Shown: one piece after another, positions 1-12,418 of the stretch | How positions within the stretch are numbered: the first letter of the stretch is position 1 | Layout: each line of letters opens with the position of its first letter | NCBI GenBank assembly: GCA_008632985.1 | Contig: QPGO01000002.1 | Location: 372,001 to 436,000 of the forward strand | DNA length: 64,000 nt | Reading direction: 5' to 3' | Source of the DNA: Psammoneis japonica | Lineage: Eukaryota | Made by a program: the position numbers and the translations under genes | Notes under the pieces: model-generated | The model's input: the letters and a program-made list of their open reading frames with translations, nothing else | Told to the model about the DNA's origin: nothing | The model's database searches: none

Positions 1-633
1 ATAGGAAGAAATAGACATCCACAAACACCGACAAGTACCAGGGAGAGCTCACAAACAAGATGACTCAACAATAAAGCGATACGGAGCCACGCAATCTCGC
101 CAACAACAAACGAAACGAAAACGAGACCATGACAAGCACTGAAAACAAAAGAATCATCATCAACAACAATGACGAAGACCGCAAAAACTTACATGCAAAA
201 GACGAAGCATTTCATACATACAATCAAGAGCCGAAAAGCAGCGTTAAAAATCGAAGAATTGACACTCGCAAGCACACAAACGAAACAACGAAAGCCCCAC
301 AAACAGTAAAGAGAACGCAACGATTTGCCGACAAAATACCTATATCCCCACCAACACATAGTCTTATCAGAAAAGAACATAGTAAGGCAAACACAGGAAA
401 TGCACAGGTACAAACGAGAATACAAAAGTATACTCAACGGGCCAGCCTATAGCGGATCGGCGAAGCACTTTGCCACTCTCAGAACAGAGGCAAACGCTGC
501 CTACGGGCATTCCCAAGACGGGCAGAACGTCGTAGTACTCGTCGCTCAGCATTGGAGACTTGATTATTTGGGTCATGAGGCAGATTCGGCTTGTGCTGGA
601 AGGCTATCCACGTCTTCAAGGGGAGGGACTGGC
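1..633 (-). repeat. Inverted paralogous copy of the 3' end and downstream region of the 1121-aa ORF (about 24060-24820)
   Basis: The minus strand encodes ...VGSVCLCSESGKVLRRSA, matching ...VGSVCLYSESGNVLRRSARLAR at 24200-24267. Nucleotide similarity runs from the window start to gggactggc at about 633. Confidence 0.85.
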
Positions 634-1400
634 AATGATATTCCAAGACGACGATGAAGTGCCTTACCTGATGGATTCGGAAGAGCGACGGCGACGAAAG
701 GAAGATGCACCGACGGACGAGCTCAAGACCGCTGACAAACTCAAGGCAGAGCTAGAAAATGACTTGAAGGCAAAGGATCCAAACTATACCGTGCAAAAGG
801 GTACCACAAAGAAAGATTTGCAGGATGACTGCGAGAAAGCAAATATTCAAATCAAAAAGACAGTACGGAAGATTCTCTCGGGTTGGCGCTGCAAGCCGAA
901 AGGGTTGCTTCAAGCATTGATAGAAAGGGGGGTGATTGATGCTAACCTGAAGCGTGGGAAAGGAGGCATTAAAGATCAGTGTGAGAATTACATGGAAAAT
1001 ACAGAGCCAGCGGAAATAGTTGCCTCTTGTGAAGGTTTCTCCAAGGAAAGTACACTGCTTCAGCATCATGGGAGTGCGCGTGATGTTGACTCCGAAAATA
1101 CCTTTGGGCTTGCTCAAAAGGTGAGTATCAAAACCTTTTCCTGTCACAGAAAAGAGGGAAAGAAAATTTCAAGAAGTCGGTTCAGCATTGTTTGTCGGAA
1201 GAGGTGCTGACTACAGAACTCAACACGCAAGTTCGCGAAACGAGCACGACAGCACATTCAATCTTACCATGCAACTGACAATGGATATGTTGCAGACACG
1301 GAGAGGGTCAATGAATTTGGACCTTTCGACAAACTCATCAAAACGTTCAAGACGCACCGATGTGCTCTTGACTTTGCGTTCTAGTTCGTCAACAGCGTCG
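634..1400 (+). pseudogene. Transposase C-terminal fragment (Tc1/mariner-like DDE type), internally deleted and frameshifted
   Basis: Motifs GWRCKPKGLLQALIERGVID and SCEGFSKESTLLQHHG, then in shifted frames KFAKRARQHIQSY and KLIKTFKTHRCALDF. These resemble protist/fungal Tc1-like transposases as I recall them. The expected PK.HPEL..IE block is missing. Confidence 0.6.
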
Positions 1401-1840
1401 ACGATCGCCGCGGCCGAAGGCGATGCTCGATGCTCTCGAGCGTTGTGGTGGTTGGGTTGCGGCGTGAAATTTCGAAATCGTGTAGCCGCTGTAGAAATTG
1501 TACAGGGACAAAGATATAACGGCTTATCATAATCACTATCACGCATTTAGAGCTAATTACATTTTATACCACACTACGTACAGGACATTGTAGATTCATT
1601 CCAGTAGTACATAGCAAGCCAGCCCACTGTATGTAGAATTAACCTACTAGCTCTACCTAGCTAGAGAATCGGCGAGCCAGCCGTTTGGCTCTCGCTAACT
1701 TCCAATTGTAATATCATTTCTTTGGAATCGAATAATGAATAAAATGGAATGAGATGTTTGAATTTTGAAATTGAGAGAAAAAACGGCTGTTGTGCGTGCC
1801 GGTACAGTATGGCATTCGCCTCGTCCTCTCACATTCGACA

Positions 1841-3999
1841 ATGATCCGTCAACGGGGAGCTCGTCCAAGCAGAGATGCCGTGCCTAATGACGATCGCCCC
1901 AAGGCTCGTCCGTCCCGTCGTTTTGCGTGGCACACCGTTGCTGCCGTCGTCATGTGCACTGCGTGGTTGCTGAAAGTGTCTGAGTTTCTTCATCAGATTC
2001 TTCAAGAATCGTCTTCTGCCGCCAGAGATGTTCATGCGCATTCAATCGAAAAGGACGAACAAGTGAATACACAGAACAGCAATAACACATGCGCCTGGTA
2101 CCTCGCTCCGTCATCCATTCCCGGGGCGGGAGGGTTGGGTGTCTTTACGGCCCGGCGCATCGCCAAGGGATCGCGCTTGTTTGAAAACGTGGACGGTCCC
2201 ACGGTCGTGATTCAGGATCCGGACCTTCACCAGGGCGATCTCGAGTGGGTGCAAAATCCCTTCATGTGGCGCATACGGCGACACTATTACAAAGAGTCCG
2301 ACTCTTGCTGGGAGACGAGTCCCAACCTTGGAGTCATGGTCAATCACCACGACGTGTTGGAAAATACGAGGGTCGATCGGGTCGACGAGCAGTACGACGA
2401 CTCGATTTTGAATCGCTTTACGGATCCCGGTGCTGGTGCCATTAGTTACCACACGGGACGGTACTTTACGGCAACGAGGAATATCGCGCCGTTGGAAGAA
2501 CTGTTTACGTTCGATGGAGAAAGTTACATTAGACATCATATTAGAAAGGCCGGTGGTGACGTGTCGTCCATCCCGTCTGGTAGAGATTACCATTTTGTGG
2601 GGGATGCTCTAATGTCTCTTGTGGAAAAGGCGAAGAAGGACGGAAACAAAGTAGATGGTACGACGAGAGAGGCGTCCTTGGTGAGGTTGCATTATAGGTG
2701 CACAAATGTTCTGACGGAAATTTGTTGTTTTTATTCGCTTTCTCCTTCCGAATAGATGCTCTCTTGTCAAAGCTCCATTCGCATGTTTCTTCTAACAGCA
2801 GCCGTGCCGCGTCGTTGCTACCAAGATCCGCACAGGATCTGTCCAATATTTTGAAAATTTGGAATGGCGAGGATTATTTGAACAATGGACAGATTGTTGC
2901 TCGACATAATCTAATGGATCGTTCTCTCGAATGGATGGAACAACACGGCAGGTGTCTTGACAACGTGGTACCCGGACGGAGCAACATCCCCCAAGCGGGA
3001 CAGGGGGCAATTGCCACGAGATTTCTCACCAAGGGTAGCGTGGTGGTACCCGTTCCCTTGCTGGTTCAGGTTGTGGATAAAAAGACGTTGGAAATGTACA
3101 AGCTCCTTGACGCCGGAAATGGCACAAAGAAAAAGACTGGTACTGTGATTGGGCATCAAATACTCATGAATTACTGCTACGGCCACGAGCGGAGTAGTCT
3201 GCTGCTTTGCGCGGGGAGCAATGCAAATTTGATCAATCACTGCAAGGCGGACAACGGTCCCTGCAAAAAGGGCGGCCCGAATGCCAAATTGAGGTGGGCG
3301 CGTGATTTTGACCCCAACACGTCCAATTGGCTGACGAAATCGCTCGAGGAGATTCGAGAGCTCGTCTTGAAAGGACAACGGGGCCTGACGCTCGAAGTTG
3401 TGGCCACACGCGATATACAACCTGGCGAAGAGGTGCGCGATTCGGAGCCCTTTTTCGTCTTTACCTTCTTCATCAACTGATGCATCTCACAAATGATTCC
3501 ATTGTCGTTACCCTTGCCATCATTCCAGGTATTCCTCGACTACGGCACAGCGTGGGAAGAAGCTTGGACAAGGCACGTGGAACGCTGGAAGCCGCCCACA
3601 ACAGGGAGCGGATTCGAAAGCTTTGCTTCGGTTGTGAAGATGAATCGAAACGGCAAAGCTCCCGTGAAAACAGAAAATGAGCTAAAGACCGAACCGTATC
3701 CGGCAAATATCGAGACGCTGTGTAAACACTGGGATGGCAAATACTATCCCTGCGTTGTAGTCGAGCGGAATGATTCTTCTTCCACCCCAGACTCCATTTA
3801 TACTGCTCGCATCACCCATCTCGACAGACAGGGAAACGAGGATAAACAAGAGGACATCAAGACAAATCTGCAAAGAAGCGATATCATGTTTTCCATGAAG
3901 AAATATTCGAGCGACGAACATCTGCCGGGTGCCTTTCGTCATTTCATAGGAGTTCCTGATGACATGTGGCCAGAGCAGTGGAAGGACCTTGGACCTTAA
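1841..3999 (+). CDS. Membrane-anchored SET-domain-like protein, 3 exons (introns 2658-2755 and 3433-3528)
   Basis: Both GT..AG introns join three ORFs in frame. N-terminal TM segment, then two SET-like units (YLAPSSIPGAGGLGVF..VNHH..ATRNIAPLEELF and SNIPQAGQGAIA..NLINH..ATRDIQPGEEVFLDYG). C-terminus AFRHFIGVPDDMWPEQW is shared with the paralogue at 57220-58967. Confidence 0.8.
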
Positions 4000-4199
4000 A
4001 ACAACAGTTACTTGTAGGGAAATAGCAAAAGCAAAATATCGTCGCTACTGGCAGCAGTCGTCATTGATTCCTTGCCAAAATCTATTTGTAGTGGGGGATT
4101 GGACAACGTTCTAATTCAACATGTTCTTTTCATCTTTTGGAATCGAGGTACAGTCGCATGTACATTTCGTTGTTTTAATGCCTCTGCTTGAATCGCGCG

Positions 4200-5460
4200 C
4201 CTTTGGCCCGAGCACTGCACATTGACACGATAGAATCTGTTGGTTGCGCCCGGAAAAGGTTGCAGAACACTCCAGATCTGGTGTGCACTTGTGAGATCAC
4301 CACACCTCCAGGTCATCCAAATGCACGTTCACCAGCCATCACTTTTTTAACAATGCCAAGGCCAAAACAATGCACACTCTCTTTTTCTGTTGCCTTGAGC
4401 AGGCAGGGCGTCAATGGTGCATTCCACAGGACAGGCCATTTCCTCTCCTTGCACTGATGTCCACATCAGTCAAGAGCACATGCTGTTGAGTGCCAGCTGC
4501 AAGCTTTTGCATCCAGTTTTCACTCCTGTTTTTCACAAGATGTTGTGTCAGACTTTTTTGAGACAAAACAGTCATTTCACTTGGCACAGCTCACACTGGT
4601 GTGAACCTGCTGTGCGCTGGCATCAACTGTCTTTCCTTTGCACTTCCACAGCCTTCCTTTCCAACTGGTGCAGCTGTGCATTGGTGTTGCCATGTGGCAA
4701 GAACTCCCCACCTGGTGCTCACATGCCTGGACATGAATCACACTTCTGCTTTGGATTTGATGCAATCCCTTTTTTGTTGGTGAGCTCCACAACACAAATC
4801 GCGTGGGTTTGCCAGCACCCCATTTTTGTCCCTGACAGGGTGCACACACAGGCTCTCACAACTGTCCATGGCTCTGACACCATGCTGGACTTTGCAATGG
4901 TGCACCTTGTGCCAACCTCTGCTGGATCTTCAGTGCAACAGCTCTGCAAGATGGGCCCAGTGCCAATGCCGGCGAGGCGACCCATGCCTCTTGTTCTTGT
5001 GGGGGAGGAAAGCCCTTTTCCAACAAGGCATTCTCTCCCAGCATGGCAGTGATGACCCCACCCTCAATGTCCGAAGAAAAGAGCCAATGGCATGCTGGAT
5101 GCTGAGCCAGTGTGGGCTGCGGCATTGTGTCAAATGCTCAACTCACCCCAGCTGGTCACATTGCCTGTGCCACCGGAGCAGACATGGAGAGACAAAGGCA
5201 CAGTTGGCAACAAAGGGTTTGGCACCCAAAAATGTCACAAGTGGATGGCAGCATCAAGAGCAAATCTGGAAAAAAGTGAGCAAGCCAGTCAGCATGAGCC
5301 CTGTGGTGGAAGCAGAGTGTGGTGCAAAGGAAGTTCTTGCCTCCACACTGGCACCTGCCAGCTTGAAAAGGACGGCACCTTCTGTTTCTTGCAACCACCC
5401 CAGCCACACCAGCTTTGACAGCCTTGGAAATGCCTGGAGAGGCCACTCCAATGTTGTTTT
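4200..5460. mobile_element. Degenerate TpA/CpG-depleted repeat island (unclassified)
   Basis: Near absence of TA, few CG, excess TG/CA, and overlapping Cys/His-rich spurious ORFs. Same signature as the proven transposons further along. Confidence 0.55.
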
Positions 5461-5867
5461 AGAAAAAGCAACAGCGTCAATCCGACTCTCGCCTCCCCAG
5501 CAACAACGTCAAGCGCAACGCCCGCTGGATCTCAGGAGCAGGTGGGTAAGAGAGAGTCGAGTGAGCCGTCGACAGGGAACCTCACATGCCGGTGCCGGTA
5601 TGAAAAGCGAAAAGACTGCACTGTACGATTACTTTCGGAAGAGGGTAGGACCTAGACTGTTCAGCATCAGCATTTCAAAGGTGCAGACAATGGCAGGTTC
5701 TTCTTGACTCATTCGGAGCATGTCAACAATGAGAGCGAGAATGGCAAAAAAGCCAGTCTCATTGACCGCATTGCCCCCAGAGTTGGGTAATGCCAAAAAA
5801 CGATCTTTGCCCTTGTCTCGATGACAAGGTCGACAAACGCCTATCCACACTTGGCTCAAGTTTAACA

Positions 5868-7349
5868 TTACATATTATCTCTAAAGTCCGAGTCCGTGTG
5901 TCGATGACCTTCTGGAAGAGGCGGAACAGACACTCGAGGAATACCGAAATCCTCGTCTTCCTTTAGTCCTTCGATTTTCTTGATTGCCGCCTTCAAATAA
6001 TCCGAGATGTCTGTTGCTGCCGGCCGCTCTAGTCCATTGAGCGTCCAGCACATGCGAACTGCTTGGTACAAGGCTTGTGTGGCGGCATTTGTGCTATTTG
6101 CAATTTCGAGCGAAAATGGACTCAATTCTCCGTTCATGCTTTTCTCATTGGCACTAGCACTGGACCGGCCTTCAAACAACCACTTGTTGGTCAATATATA
6201 GTATAAAACATTTCCCGCAAACCAAACGTCCACCTTATCCCGACGAACCTGGCTTCTCTTATTGTCCGGTCCATGAAAGTGGTAATACAGCTCCTCGGGT
6301 GCCCGAAGCTTCATCATGCTCCTGTACATGCGCAGCCTGGGATTTTTCTCGCAAACCTCACCGGTATTTTTATCCTTAGTGAGAAAGGAAGCTTGGAAGA
6401 AATCATTGAGCTTGTAGACCCCGTCCGCCAGAATAAATTGGTGACAACACACGTCGTTGTGCGTCATGGAAGGCATGCCATCTCGTTCCAACGAATGCAT
6501 ATGGGCTACGGCAGTCATTATTTGATAACCAATCTTGAGTCTTGTCAATGGCGAGGCATATTCTCCATCGCGTTGCTTTCGTGATATTTTGATGAAATCG
6601 TGGAGATTGCCACCCGATGCAAATTCCACGATTTGAGAAGTAGCACACGAGCCGTAAATATCGGAGACATAGGGGCTGGAAGTTAACCTTTCCAGGGCAA
6701 CACTGTCCGTATTGGCATGTTCATAAGTGTTAGGACTGAGGCTTTCCATGTAGTGGAACCTCCTTGCCTTGATCACCACGGAAAATTTGCTGTCATCACC
6801 AATCCGAAAGGCACATCGCTCGCTACCGCAATTGACAAAGGTGACACGGTCATTATCAGAAGAAGGCAACATGTCAATTTCGTGAACATTGTTGCAAGTC
6901 ACTAAGTTGGCTCTCTGCCAGTCATTCATTGGAACACAGACGTCGTCGTCGTCGACGACGTCGTCGCCTTTGCCAGCGTTAAGTTTCCATGACATGGTTT
7001 CTGCATCTCTCGAATGTAAATCAGTTGCTGCATTGCTTTTCGCATAGGAGATTCGTTCATCGATAATACGTGTGACATATCGTTTGGTAGCGGGATCCAA
7101 GTAGAACAGTACTTGAACAGGAGGAGGTGAACGATGAATTGGCAAGTCGTAGTCATAACGGAATCGTAGGAACGGAAGTTGGTAAAGTATGACAATGCAT
7201 AGAAAAGAGATGAGGCCCTTTTGGCGGACCAAAAGGCGTCGTTTCCTGAGGGCGCTCGTGGTCGGAGCCAATGCTGCCAGAGGAGAAGGAGCCTCGTCCA
7301 GAGCATTGCGGCCGTCTCCTCTCTGTCGTAGTGCCATTAGAGAGCTCAT
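5868..7349 (-). CDS. Type II membrane protein kinase-like protein (493 aa)
   Basis: N-terminal TM. VVIK, YGSC, HND catalytic loop, KLNDF, RAPEE, DVWFAG and CW...ERP kinase subdomains. Confidence 0.85.
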   Translation of the reverse strand: MSSLMALRQRGDGRNALDEAPSPLAALAPTTSALRKRRLLVRQKGLISFLCIVILYQLPFLRFRYDYDLPIHRSPPPVQVLFYLDPATKRYVTRIIDERISYAKSNAATDLHSRDAETMSWKLNAGKGDDVVDDDDVCVPMNDWQRANLVTCNNVHEIDMLPSSDNDRVTFVNCGSERCAFRIGDDSKFSVVIKARRFHYMESLSPNTYEHANTDSVALERLTSSPYVSDIYGSCATSQIVEFASGGNLHDFIKISRKQRDGEYASPLTRLKIGYQIMTAVAHMHSLERDGMPSMTHNDVCCHQFILADGVYKLNDFFQASFLTKDKNTGEVCEKNPRLRMYRSMMKLRAPEELYYHFHGPDNKRSQVRRDKVDVWFAGNVLYYILTNKWLFEGRSSASANEKSMNGELSPFSLEIANSTNAATQALYQAVRMCWTLNGLERPAATDISDYLKAAIKKIEGLKEDEDFGIPRVSVPPLPEGHRHTDSDFRDNM

Positions 7350-9364
7350 AGCGGTGCTATCTGGCTTGGATCAAACTGGGCACGGACCTTATGGTAGACG
7401 GAAGCAACCAAGAACAACCTAGATGACCTGGTAGTCCTAGACGGAGCGTGTGAAAAGCGAGTGATCAGTCGTGGTGGCACATCAAAAAAAGGAAAAAAGA
7501 AAAAAGTGGAACAAGAGAAGCGAAACACACCGTTGGCCGTTATTGCGACGATTGATGCAACTAACGGTCAACGGTCGCTAACGGTCATGCAAAGATCCTC
7601 CCAATCTCCCAATCAAATCGGCCGGGACGTAAAGACAGACCGACACACAGGATGTCAGTTTGTCCTCTTCCAACCGGTCTGTCCTCTTGCAAGAGCAAAC
7701 ATTGCAAAGCGACTCTAAGAGTGGCTTCCCATTGTTTGACACATGAACCCAATCTGCTGGCATCAGTTGTAGTCAGGAGGTGTCAATGCATGGAGATCTT
7801 GGCAAAAACAGCGGGACAAATGAGAGTGCTGCATCACACCGCACAAAGGCGCAGCAAGCAGGGGCCAAAAGCACGTTGCCGTTTTCTAAGAACAATCCAC
7901 TGTTCGAGAATTTGCAGAGATTTTTCATCATCAACCAAACCCATTGATGAATGTTTTTTACAATGTCCATTCCAAAGTGGGACAAACATCTGCTGCGCAC
8001 AAAATGCAAGTCGTGACAAGAAGGCAAAACACAGCAACGATGAATGATTGAAAGCTCAGCATGGGCCCACATGTTGTTCGATGCACTGGTGTGCTCCTGG
8101 CTGCTGCATTGTTGTGGAGTTGTCATGCTGCCATTGCATGAGACAATGGCCAAATGATTGACTTGCTGCACAACAAATTGGATGCCCAAAACACTCAGCT
8201 GCAAAATTTTTTGGTGCATTGGTGCCATGCAGAACTCTGCTGACGACCGGTCTGCCCTCTTGGAGCAAAAAAGGGCCCTTCTTGCAACAGCAGCAATGGC
8301 ATTCAAAGCTGTGAAAATGGCAAATGCAGGCACAAGATCACATCAACTGACAATGTCAGAAGACACAAGAATCACAGCACAATGAACAACCTGTCAAGCA
8401 ATTTTGGAGACAAAATTGACTCACACAAAGATGCCAAAAGGCAGTGAACAGACCGGCTTTTTGCTTGTTGCAATGGCAGCCGAGTGGTCATTCCTGTGCA
8501 TGACACCAGTGAATCTCTCTCAGGTTCTGAGCTGCACTTTGCTGCAAGCAGCAGGCAGGGTCCCTCCACTGCACAATTGCAAAACAACAAAACTCTCTCA
8601 TTTGCACGACCTTGTTGATGTGGGCAGACATTGTCATTTTGAATGACAACACTGCCGCTCTGTTGACATTGATGGGATCAACAATGCCTTTGCATTCATC
8701 ACTCTCATTGGCAACATCAATGTGTTGCATGTGTTGTGACACATTTTCCTCTTGCTCAAGACTTGCATGAGTTGTGCCGTCTGAAAAACCAGCAAGCCAG
8801 TGCTAACTGCCCCGTGCATGATTGCAATTTTCAGAATGCAACAAACACCTCACAATGCCCCCCACAAATGGCATCCAATCTGCTGGGATGACATTGTCAT
8901 GGCTGGGGTGGTCATTCCCACACCAACGGTGTGTTGGGAAAAATGAAGAGTTGACAATGAAGAAACTGGGGTTGTCCACTTTGGACAAGGGCTGCTGCTT
9001 TGGTGGTCACAGTGTCCAAGTGGTGCAGCTGATGTCATGGACATTGTGAAAATGTCAGTGCACAGCACAAAGTTGTGGCTGGCAATGAGGAATGCTTTGA
9101 TGCACTGACAATCACAGAAAGCTGGCCTGTCTTTTGGGAGCTCTGCTGTGTTTGAACCAATGGAGTTGTGACAGCAAGAGTGTCAGCAGGATGACCGATG
9201 ATTCAATTGTTGCATGCATGCTCTTCATGCATGAGAGGAGCAGAAACTCTTGCTTTGACAGCCATGCCATGGTGAATGCCAGCATTGAATTTGGCACCCA
9301 CATGATGTGAGTGTGCAACACTGGACAGATTGGTGCTCTTGGGAGATCATTGTGGCAGCATCCA

Positions 9365-9779
9365 ATGTGCAGCACTCCAGCCACAGCAGGTGGATGGTGC
9401 TCCTTGTGACATGGGCCAGAAGAGTTCTGTCTGCAGGCTCCACTGCAGAATGACTGAGCAATTGGTGCATTGATGATCACCAACAGAAAAAGAGGCAATT
9501 TTGCCAACACATGTCCTCCTCCACACTTGGAGGGCATCATTTCCAGTTTGCTTTGGCACATTCTTCAGACATCCAAGAATGCACCCAGCCTGTTTTTGCT
9601 TGCACAAATGAAGAAAATGGAAAGCCTTTGGCTTCACAAAACAGGGGGCATGAAACAATTTCACAGAAGATTGCACGCAGAAATGCATGTGCACAAGCAG
9701 CATGTGGGCTGGTGCAATCCAAGAAACTCTCATGTCACAATGCAGTGGTGCAAGGTTCCACCTGGAGCTGGAGCACATC
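9365..9779 (-). mobile_element. Non-autonomous (MITE-like) relative of the Sola-type element, heavily mutated
   Basis: Ends in ...ccacctggagctggagcacatc, a mutated reverse complement of the TIR gacgcgttccaggtctaggtgg. The interior aligns with 62150-62508 and 63550-63928. The left boundary is approximate. Confidence 0.7.
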
Positions 9780-10769
9780 ATCTGCCCAAAACAGTTGAAG
9801 TTTCATGGGGCAAAGTCAAATGCCAGGCTAGGAAGGAAATCATTGGCATGATGGATGTGAGTCTGTCAGTGCAAAAACACAAGCAATTGTTTGTTGCAAG
9901 CATGTTTGCATTCAATTGAGGGGTGGCTTGATGAGATGGAAGTCATCATGAAGGACAAATTGGCTGTTGGCTTTGTGGCACTCTCCTTCCAAAATCATTG
10001 ATTGGGGACATTGAACTTTGCATCTTGTGGGATGTCTTGTGAGAATGTCTGCTCAAATTTTGCCATCAAACAGTGAGTCTAGATGCTCACATGTGGCAAA
10101 ATCAAGGTTGCCTTGAGCCAGATTTCATTCAGTCCAAGTGGTGCCAGGGATTCAATGTGCAACAATGAAGAACAACTTGTGCTTGCTCTTCTTGATGATT
10201 GCAGTCATGAGCTTGTTCAGATTTGGGGCTGATGATGACAAGAGTGATTTGTGGCTGTGCTGTGCAGAGGGTGCTCCTGCACAAGGCTGATGGCCAGTTT
10301 TGAGTCCTGAGCCTCAATTGCACTCAGCATTGAGCCCCCAAGTGCCCCAATGAATTGCAGAGACGGGGCTTGATGATCAAAGCCATCTGGCAAGAAACCC
10401 TCTTTGGTGTGCACCCCACTGAGTTTGTCACTGAGCTCAGCTGACATTGGAAAGTGCACAGCAGAATTGACATGTGCCAAGTGTGAAAACAAGGGTTGCA
10501 ACACATTTGTTTCATCATTGTCTGATGTTTTTCAGGATTGAAGAGGCCAATGGGAGCCAGCGCCTCTTGCAAAAAATGGGCGCTTCTTGATCATCACCAG
10601 ATTGATTTGCGCACATGTGGGATGGGTTTGTTTCAGCAACATGTGGGCAAAATGCTCAAAAACATGCAAGCATGCACCAGCCAGCTGCAATGGATGTGAG
10701 CAAACACGACCTTCTCAAGTGACATTTGATGGTCATGACTGAGAGTTTCAGGCTCAGCTTTTGCCAGTG

Positions 10770-11280
10770 GTGAAAGTTTGAGCAATGGCTGAAACTTGCA
10801 TTCCTGTTTGCTCAAACTTGGCAAGTTTGAGCAATTGGTCAAACTTGCAACATTTCTGACACTTCTGCAAGTTTGAGCAATTGCTCAAATGTGTGTCTGC
10901 AAAAACAACCACCATTGCAAGGAGTTGCAACGTGACACAACAACATGTTTTTGAGAATGAAGTGAAAACAATGTGATGCATTGTTTGAGAAATGAGTGTC
11001 GCCATTGTCTAGAATGGCCTCAAACACTGTGTTTCTGTTGCTCCAATTTAGTGCAGAAACCTGCGCAGCACTGTGCTGCAGCATCAGGGCAAATCCCACC
11101 TGAGTGACACATGTGCCTGCAGTTGTGCCTCATTGTGAGGCAGGGGAGTGCAGTGCTGACAAGTTCAGTTGGCAGGCTGACACTGTGTGGCAGTTTTGCA
11201 TCAGCACCCAACACTTTGGACTCGCAATGCATGTTTGAGCAATTGCTCAAAGATCCTGCATGTTTGAGCAATTGGAAGAC
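10770..11280. repeat. Cluster of palindromic tttgagcaattgctcaaa motifs, probably subterminal repeats of a small element
   Basis: Perfect 18-bp palindromes at 10872-10889 and 11234-11251, with variants near 10777, 10826 and 11263. Confidence 0.7.
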
Positions 11281-12418
11281 CCGATCTATTTGGAGGTGCT
11301 TGACAGCTGGACTGCACATCCACCACAATGCACAATCCACAGTGTGGGCCAATGCAGTCTCCTGGCTGTGTTGGCGAGGGCTGTCCATGAACAACATGGC
11401 CTGTTTTCATGGATTGTGCCTGCCACAAAGGAGCAACTTCTCTGCCAGTGACATGGGAGCAGAAGAACTGTTTGACACTTTGACACAGACATGACCCAAA
11501 AATGCACATGGAAAAAGGTCCAATCCCAACAGTTTGATGTCAAACTCACATGGACCACTGCTTGTTCCACAGTGGCAAAAGACTTTTCGTTGTTGTCTGG
11601 CGAAAGTCAGTGAGTGCACAGAAGTTGAGAAATGCACAGAAATGAGGATGGAAACAAACAGCAGTCAATGTGTGTGCCAGCGCCAGTGCCATGCTGCACT
11701 TGTGCATGAAGGATCATGGCCAAACATCATGGCAAACAGTGCAAAGTTTTGTCCGTTCTGCAGTGGAGTCATTGCATGAGATCTCACCCCCCTCAGAACT
11801 CACAAACATGTCGATGCTAAAACCAGCCACTGCACATTGTCACACATGTGAACTCTGATCACAACCCAGATTTTGCACAATCAACTCTTGCACCTCTGCA
11901 ACTTGTGAGACCTCCTCAACACCCACTCAGGAACACAGAGCTGCCATCTTTGTCACAGCCATGGTTGAGAAGCCAGCTTGTTTGCAGCAAGGATGCAGCC
12001 TGTTCTCAGCAAAATAGAAGCAAGAGCATGAGCTGCTTTGTCATGCATTGTGGTCGTGCAGCAGCACTTGTTGTGTTGTGTCAAATGCAGCTCAGCGAGA
12101 AAGCAGCATTTTGCGCATCTCCCACAACATGCACATGGCATCATCCAAGTGATTGATGTTGTGCGCACACCTGATTTGCGATTCATTTTCGTGAATCGCA
12201 AATGAGAGGGTTGTCAGCGCAAAAAAAAAGTTTGCAATCCACTGAAAAAATGTTTTTTTTTTTTTTTGAGTCTCATTCGCATCTTGGAGGACGCACAGAC
12301 ATGAGTTTTTGATGCATAGAAGGTCGGTGGATGCTGTACTCAGTACGAGTGTGACTACTAAAAATAAAAGTATCGCAACCATGAACTCGACCACGTTCAT
12401 TCTACAAACATTGTTTTT

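Larger units (their letters stand above)
7720..12250. mobile_element. Degenerate TpA/CpG-depleted transposon island with nested small elements
   Basis: About 4.5 kb with only around a dozen TA seen by eye. Contains a MITE-like copy and palindromic repeats. Confidence 0.65.

Noticed and set aside
7720..12250. Classical fungal RIP or CpG methylation decay as the sole explanation
   Set aside because: C->T processes cannot remove TpA, and RIP increases it. CpG decay explains only the CG part of the signature.
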